Source of the DNA: the human T2T-CHM13v2.0 reference genome, Homo sapiens
Length of the DNA stretch: 64,000 bases
Assembly: GCF_009914755.1 (NCBI RefSeq)
Contig: NC_060930.1
Strand: one strand, 5' to 3'
Numbering within the stretch: position 1 is the stretch's first letter; each line of letters begins with the position of its first letter. Below the pieces are notes generated by a model. The model saw only the letters and a list, made by a program, of their open reading frames with translations, was not told the origin of the DNA and ran no database searches. Of the stretch, positions 59,960 to 64,000 are shown in pieces. The translations under genes and the position numbers were made by a program.

Positions 59960-61370
59960 CAGCAGCCCCACCTTGGGTCAGGGCTGCCCCTGCAGCGCGG
60001 GCCCCCGAAATGCCCGCACCGCCCACGCCGCCCGCACCGCGCGCACCCAGCCGGGCCAGGGCGAGGGATCCAGGTCTCCCGGTCTCTCAGGGCGCGCGCC
60101 CGGGGTCCGGGGGTGGGGGGCGTGGAGGCGGTTCCCTTGGAGCGCCCAATCAGCAGTAAGGCCCGGCGGTGGCGCCAGTGACGTAGACCGCGCTTCCCTC
60201 CGCCCCACTGCGGGCCGACGCTCGGCGCCGTCAGCCACGCGCGCTGCAGCGCGAGGGGAGAGCGAGAAGGAGGGCTTTGGGGCCGACCGGCTGTTGGAGG
60301 GCGGCGGGTCGCGGGGAGCGGGGGAGTGAGCATGCGCAGCGGCTCCGGGGAGCGCAGGGGAGGAGGGGCCGGCGCTGAGAGGCGCGCGCGTGCGCGTGCA
60401 CGAGTGGCCCGCCGGCGGCTGCGGGTGGAGGGGGCGGTTCCTCGAGTGTCGGCGACCCGAGGGCGGGCAGGCGGGCGGCAGGTGCCGCCGCAGCCTCTGG
60501 CTGGTCCCGCGTCTCCGTCCTCCGGCGGCGATGAGCTGGGCCCTGTCGGGGGCTGCACCTGCCGGCTGCCCATCAGCACCGGCCTCCTGGCGTGACCTCG
60601 GCCTCCTCGCGTGTCCAGTCCCCGCGGCGCGGCGCTGCCCCTGAGAGGGAGCGGCGGCGGCCTCCTCCGCCCCGAGTCCTCGCTCGGGGGCCGCGCGAGG
60701 ACGGCGCCCGGCCCCCTCCCCTCCTTCCTCCGTCCGCCGTCCTCAATGTCTCCCCGGCGGGGAGGGGGCTGCCTGGGAGACACGCTGAGCGGCCCCCCCA
60801 CGGAGGCCCTCCGGCTGCAGCAGCAGCAGCGCCCGGCCCGGCGTCCCGCAGCCTCCACCAGCGGCGGCGGCCTGGAGGAGCCGCGCACCCGCCGCCGCCC
60901 CCCGAGCCTCGCAGCCGCCGCCGCCGCCCGGCACCCGAGGAGAGGGCGGCGGGCGCCCCTCGGGGAAGATGAAGGCGGAGGGGGGCGACCACTCCATGAT
61001 CAACCTGTCGGTGCAGCAGGTCCTGAGCCTCTGGGCCCACGGGACGGTGCTGAGGAACCTCACGGGTAATTGACGCGCCTGGGCTGGGGACGGGGATGCG
61101 GTCCGCCCCTCTCCTGTCTTCTCCTTCCTCGGGAGGGGACACGCTCCTCGCCGCCCCACCCCCGTGCGCGCCCCGCTCGGAGCTCCAGGTCCCGGCGAGG
61201 AAGGTGTTAATCGGAGCCACTCTGCGCGTGTCCCGGGGGCGCCGGCTCCCGCCACCCCCTTCCCTGAGTCGCCAGGGGAGCATCAGCGACCCCCGCTCCT
61301 GCCCCGCACGGGGAGAGCTCCCGGTGGCGGCCCGGCCTCTGTAGTACGCGCGGAGTAGCTTTAGTGCTGA
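59960..61370. promoter_or_regulatory. TMEM170B: CpG island / TMEM170B promoter and 5' exon
   Basis: Very high GC and CpG density. CCAATCAG (NF-Y) at 60146, TGACGT (CRE-like) at 60179, TGAGCATGCGCA (11/12 NRF1) at 60327-60338, GC boxes, no TATA box seen. Confidence 0.93.
60969..61065 (+). CDS. TMEM170B: Transmembrane protein 170B, first coding exon (97 nt, phase-1 donor)
   Basis: Translates MKAEGGDHSMINLSVQQVLSLWAHGTVLRNLT, the TMEM170B N-terminus as I recall it. Context aagATGa; donor G|gtaatt at 61066. Later exons are not seen in this window. Confidence 0.93.
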
Positions 61371-62545
61371 GACTTGAGCGCATTTCGCTTTTATTCCATT
61401 ACCCTCCTCCCCTCCCCCTTCTACACACATCGCTTCTTGCTATTTACATCTTTTTCTGATTTAGTTCTTTTTCTTTCTGGCAAATCTCAAGCCAAATGTA
61501 GAACCTAAAATCATTGCCCACAATGGTCGATTTACTTTTTCAACCGCTAATTTTTTGGGCGATGTAGATAACTGAGTAAATTATAGTGGGTCAGGGGCTG
61601 AGCTAAGGTCTAGTGCGGTCTAAGCGTGTTAGCTTCATATATCTCCTTCCCCTCCCATTTCCTTTTGTCTGTCTGTCTCTTTCCCTCAGGCCTCCAGCTG
61701 CTGCTTCTGAGACATTTGATAATTTTGTGTATTTCCCTTCATTTATTAAGGCTGTCAGTAATTGGCCTTATAACATCAATTTCTATTTGTAAAATTGAGT
61801 GATAAAACACACAATATTTTTATTCAGTCTGTAGATTTGCTTTGTGAAGAAACTTCTGGTTTTGTTATGTGGAAATGCTTACATTATACTTTGAGTTCCG
61901 AATTTAAAAATTATTCTCTGAAGTAGAATTTACGAGAAAGAGATTCAGTTGCGATTTGGTGACTCCTCAGTGCCTGCTTTTCAGAGGAAAAAAATCTTAA
62001 AAAAATACTCAGAATTTAATTCTTGAAAATGTGTAAGGCAGTTAATTTCAGTAGAACATTAGTATTTCAAAATGCATTTTGTCAAACTGGTTAAAGTGTT
62101 GTGAGTATTTTACAAATATAACCTGGGTTCATATATATAACATATATATAAAGTCTGGCATGGTATAGAATACAAACATTCATAGAAGAAAATTTTATGG
62201 AATTATATACCACAAAAGACAACTTTAAGGACACTGGTTTCTTCGAATGGAAACTATACAGTTAAAGTAGATTCTGGATTGCTTCATGCTATCCTCACTT
62301 TTAAGCTGTGGTTATTTAACTTGAAACAGACTGACTTTACATGATGATTGCCGGTAAGGAATATATTGTTATAATTCTGGAAAACTAAATGGACATAAAG
62401 ACCATCTCATGATTCAGTTGAATTTAGAGGTAGACTGCTTTATCTTACTTATGATTTTGCTTGCATTTATCCACTGTTTGGTATTTGAACTGTACCAGTT
62501 TTTGTTTAAGTGAAATGAAAAGTAGGGACTTAACATATATTTGTG

Positions 62546-64000
62546 CAGGCATACCTTGGAAAGATTGCAGGTTTGGTTCCAGAACACCACAATAAAGCAA
62601 ATATTGCAATAAAGTGAGCCAAATGAATTTTTTGTTTTCCTAGTGCATGTAAAAGTTACATTTTACCTGTAGTCTTTAAATGTGAAATAGCATTATGTCT
62701 GAAAAAAAAGTACAGACGTTAATTTAAAAATACTTTATTGCTGAAAAATTGCTAACGATCATCTGAGCCTTCAGCAAGGACGTTATCTTTTTTCTGGTAG
62801 AGGGTCTTGTCTTTGTGTTGATGACTGCTGACTGATCAAGGTGATGATTGCTGGAGATTGGGATGATGGCAGTTTTCTTAAAACAGCAATGAAGTTTGCC
62901 ACTAAGGAAGAGCAATAGACTCTTCCTTTCATGAAAGATTTCTCTGTAGCATGGGATGCTGTTGGGTAGCATTTTATCCACAGTAGAACTTTCAAAATTG
63001 GAGTCAGTCCTTTCAAACCCTGCTGCGGCTTTATCAACCGAGTTTATGTAATAGTCTAAATCCTTTGTTGTCATTTCCACGGTGTTCACATGATCTTCAC
63101 CAGGAGTAGATTGCATCTCAAGAAACCACTTTCTTTGCTCATCCATAAGAAGCAACTCCTCATCCATTCAAACTTTATCATGAGATTGCAACAATTCAGT
63201 CACATCTTCAGGCTCCACTTCTAATTCTAGTTCTCTTGCTATTTCGACCACACCTATGGTTACTTCCTCCACTAAAGTGTTGATCCCCTCAAAGTCATCC
63301 ATGAGGAATGGAGTCAATTGCTTTCCAACTCCTATGAAAGTTGATATTTGGACCTCTTCTCATGAGTCACGATTGTTCTTAAGGGCATCTGGAATGGTGA
63401 CTCCTTTCCAGAAGGTTTTCAATTTCCTTTGCCCAGGTCCATCAGAGGAATCACTATCTCTGGCAGTTTTAGCCTTCTTACACAGTGTATTTCTTAAATA
63501 ATAAGACTAGAAAGTCAAAATTACTCTTTGATCCATGGTCTGCAGAATGGATGTTGTGTTAGCAGTCATGAAAACAACATTGATCTACTTGGACATCTCC
63601 ATCACAGCTCTTGGTTGACCAGGTACATTGTCATTGAAGAAAATACTCATTAAAATGAAAGGAATCTTTTTTTTTTCTGAGCAGTTCTCAACAGTGGGCT
63701 TCACATATTCAGTAGGCCGTGCTGTAAACTGATGTACTGTCATCCAGGCTTTTTTGTTTCATTTATAGAGCACAGCCAGGGTAGATTTAGCATAATTCTC
63801 AAGGGCGCCAGAATGGTAAATGAGCATTGGCTTTAATATAAAGTCACCAGCTGCATTAGCTCCTAAGAAGAGTCAGCCTGTCCTTTGAAGCTTGGAAGTC
63901 AGGGATTGACTTCTCTCTAGCTGTGCAAGTCCTAAATGGCATCTTCTTCTGATATAAGGCTGTTTAATCTACATGGAATATCTGTTGTTTGGGGTAGCCA
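62546..64000 (-). mobile_element. Tigger1 DNA transposon (3' part, runs off the window) in TMEM170B intron 1
   Basis: TIR caggcatacct...; minus ORF 62724-63167 [17 protein letters not shown]...[24 protein letters not shown] matches the Tigger1/TIGD1 transposase C-terminus. Confidence 0.93.

Noticed and set aside
60789-60968. In-frame N-terminal extension of TMEM170B
   Set aside because: The frame is open back to TGA at 60786 but contains no ATG/CTG/GTG start codon.
59959-61430. Long minus-strand ORFs (309, 285 and 170 aa) in the CpG island
   Set aside because: Stop-codon depletion in GC-rich DNA gives Arg/Pro/Gly-rich low-complexity translations with no recognisable domain.
62724-63167. 147-aa transposase-like ORF as a possible gene
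   Set aside because: It is a fragment of a decayed Tigger1 that diverges from transposase sequence after a frameshift.

Overview
This is primate, almost certainly human, genomic DNA: mostly repeat-rich intergenic sequence ending in a CpG island that holds the promoter and first coding exon of TMEM170B (+ strand, ATG 60969, donor after 61065). By recall this places the window at 6p24, upstream of TMEM170B. It carries two retrocopies: a full-length U1 snRNA pseudogene (26194-26357, - strand) and a decayed processed THAP12/PRKRIR pseudogene (~36808-39675, + strand) nested in an old L1. The rest is Alus, L1/MIR fragments, MaLR/ERVL LTRs, an ERVL gag-pro-pol relic, DNA transposons (Tigger1, Tigger3, MER3, MER20, mariner) and a 1.6-kb degenerate TG array. 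I found no convincing new multi-gene system, and nearly all ORFs in the track are repeat-derived or chance. The most interesting observations are: (1) the antisense U1 retrocopy forms a complete, frame-preserving cassette exon on the + strand; (2) a duplicated fossil PNMA-like Ty3/Gypsy gag(-pro) element at ~15.1-18.6 kb; (3) a THE1 int3'-LTR-int5' junction resembling a 1-LTR circle; (4) a ~30-bp snippet apparently copied into the TG array from 2.85 kb upstream; (5) uORFs in front of the TMEM170B start codon. Repeat subfamily names and protein matches come from my recollection of consensus sequences, not a database search. Repeat boundaries are approximate unless a target-site duplication (TSD) is quoted.
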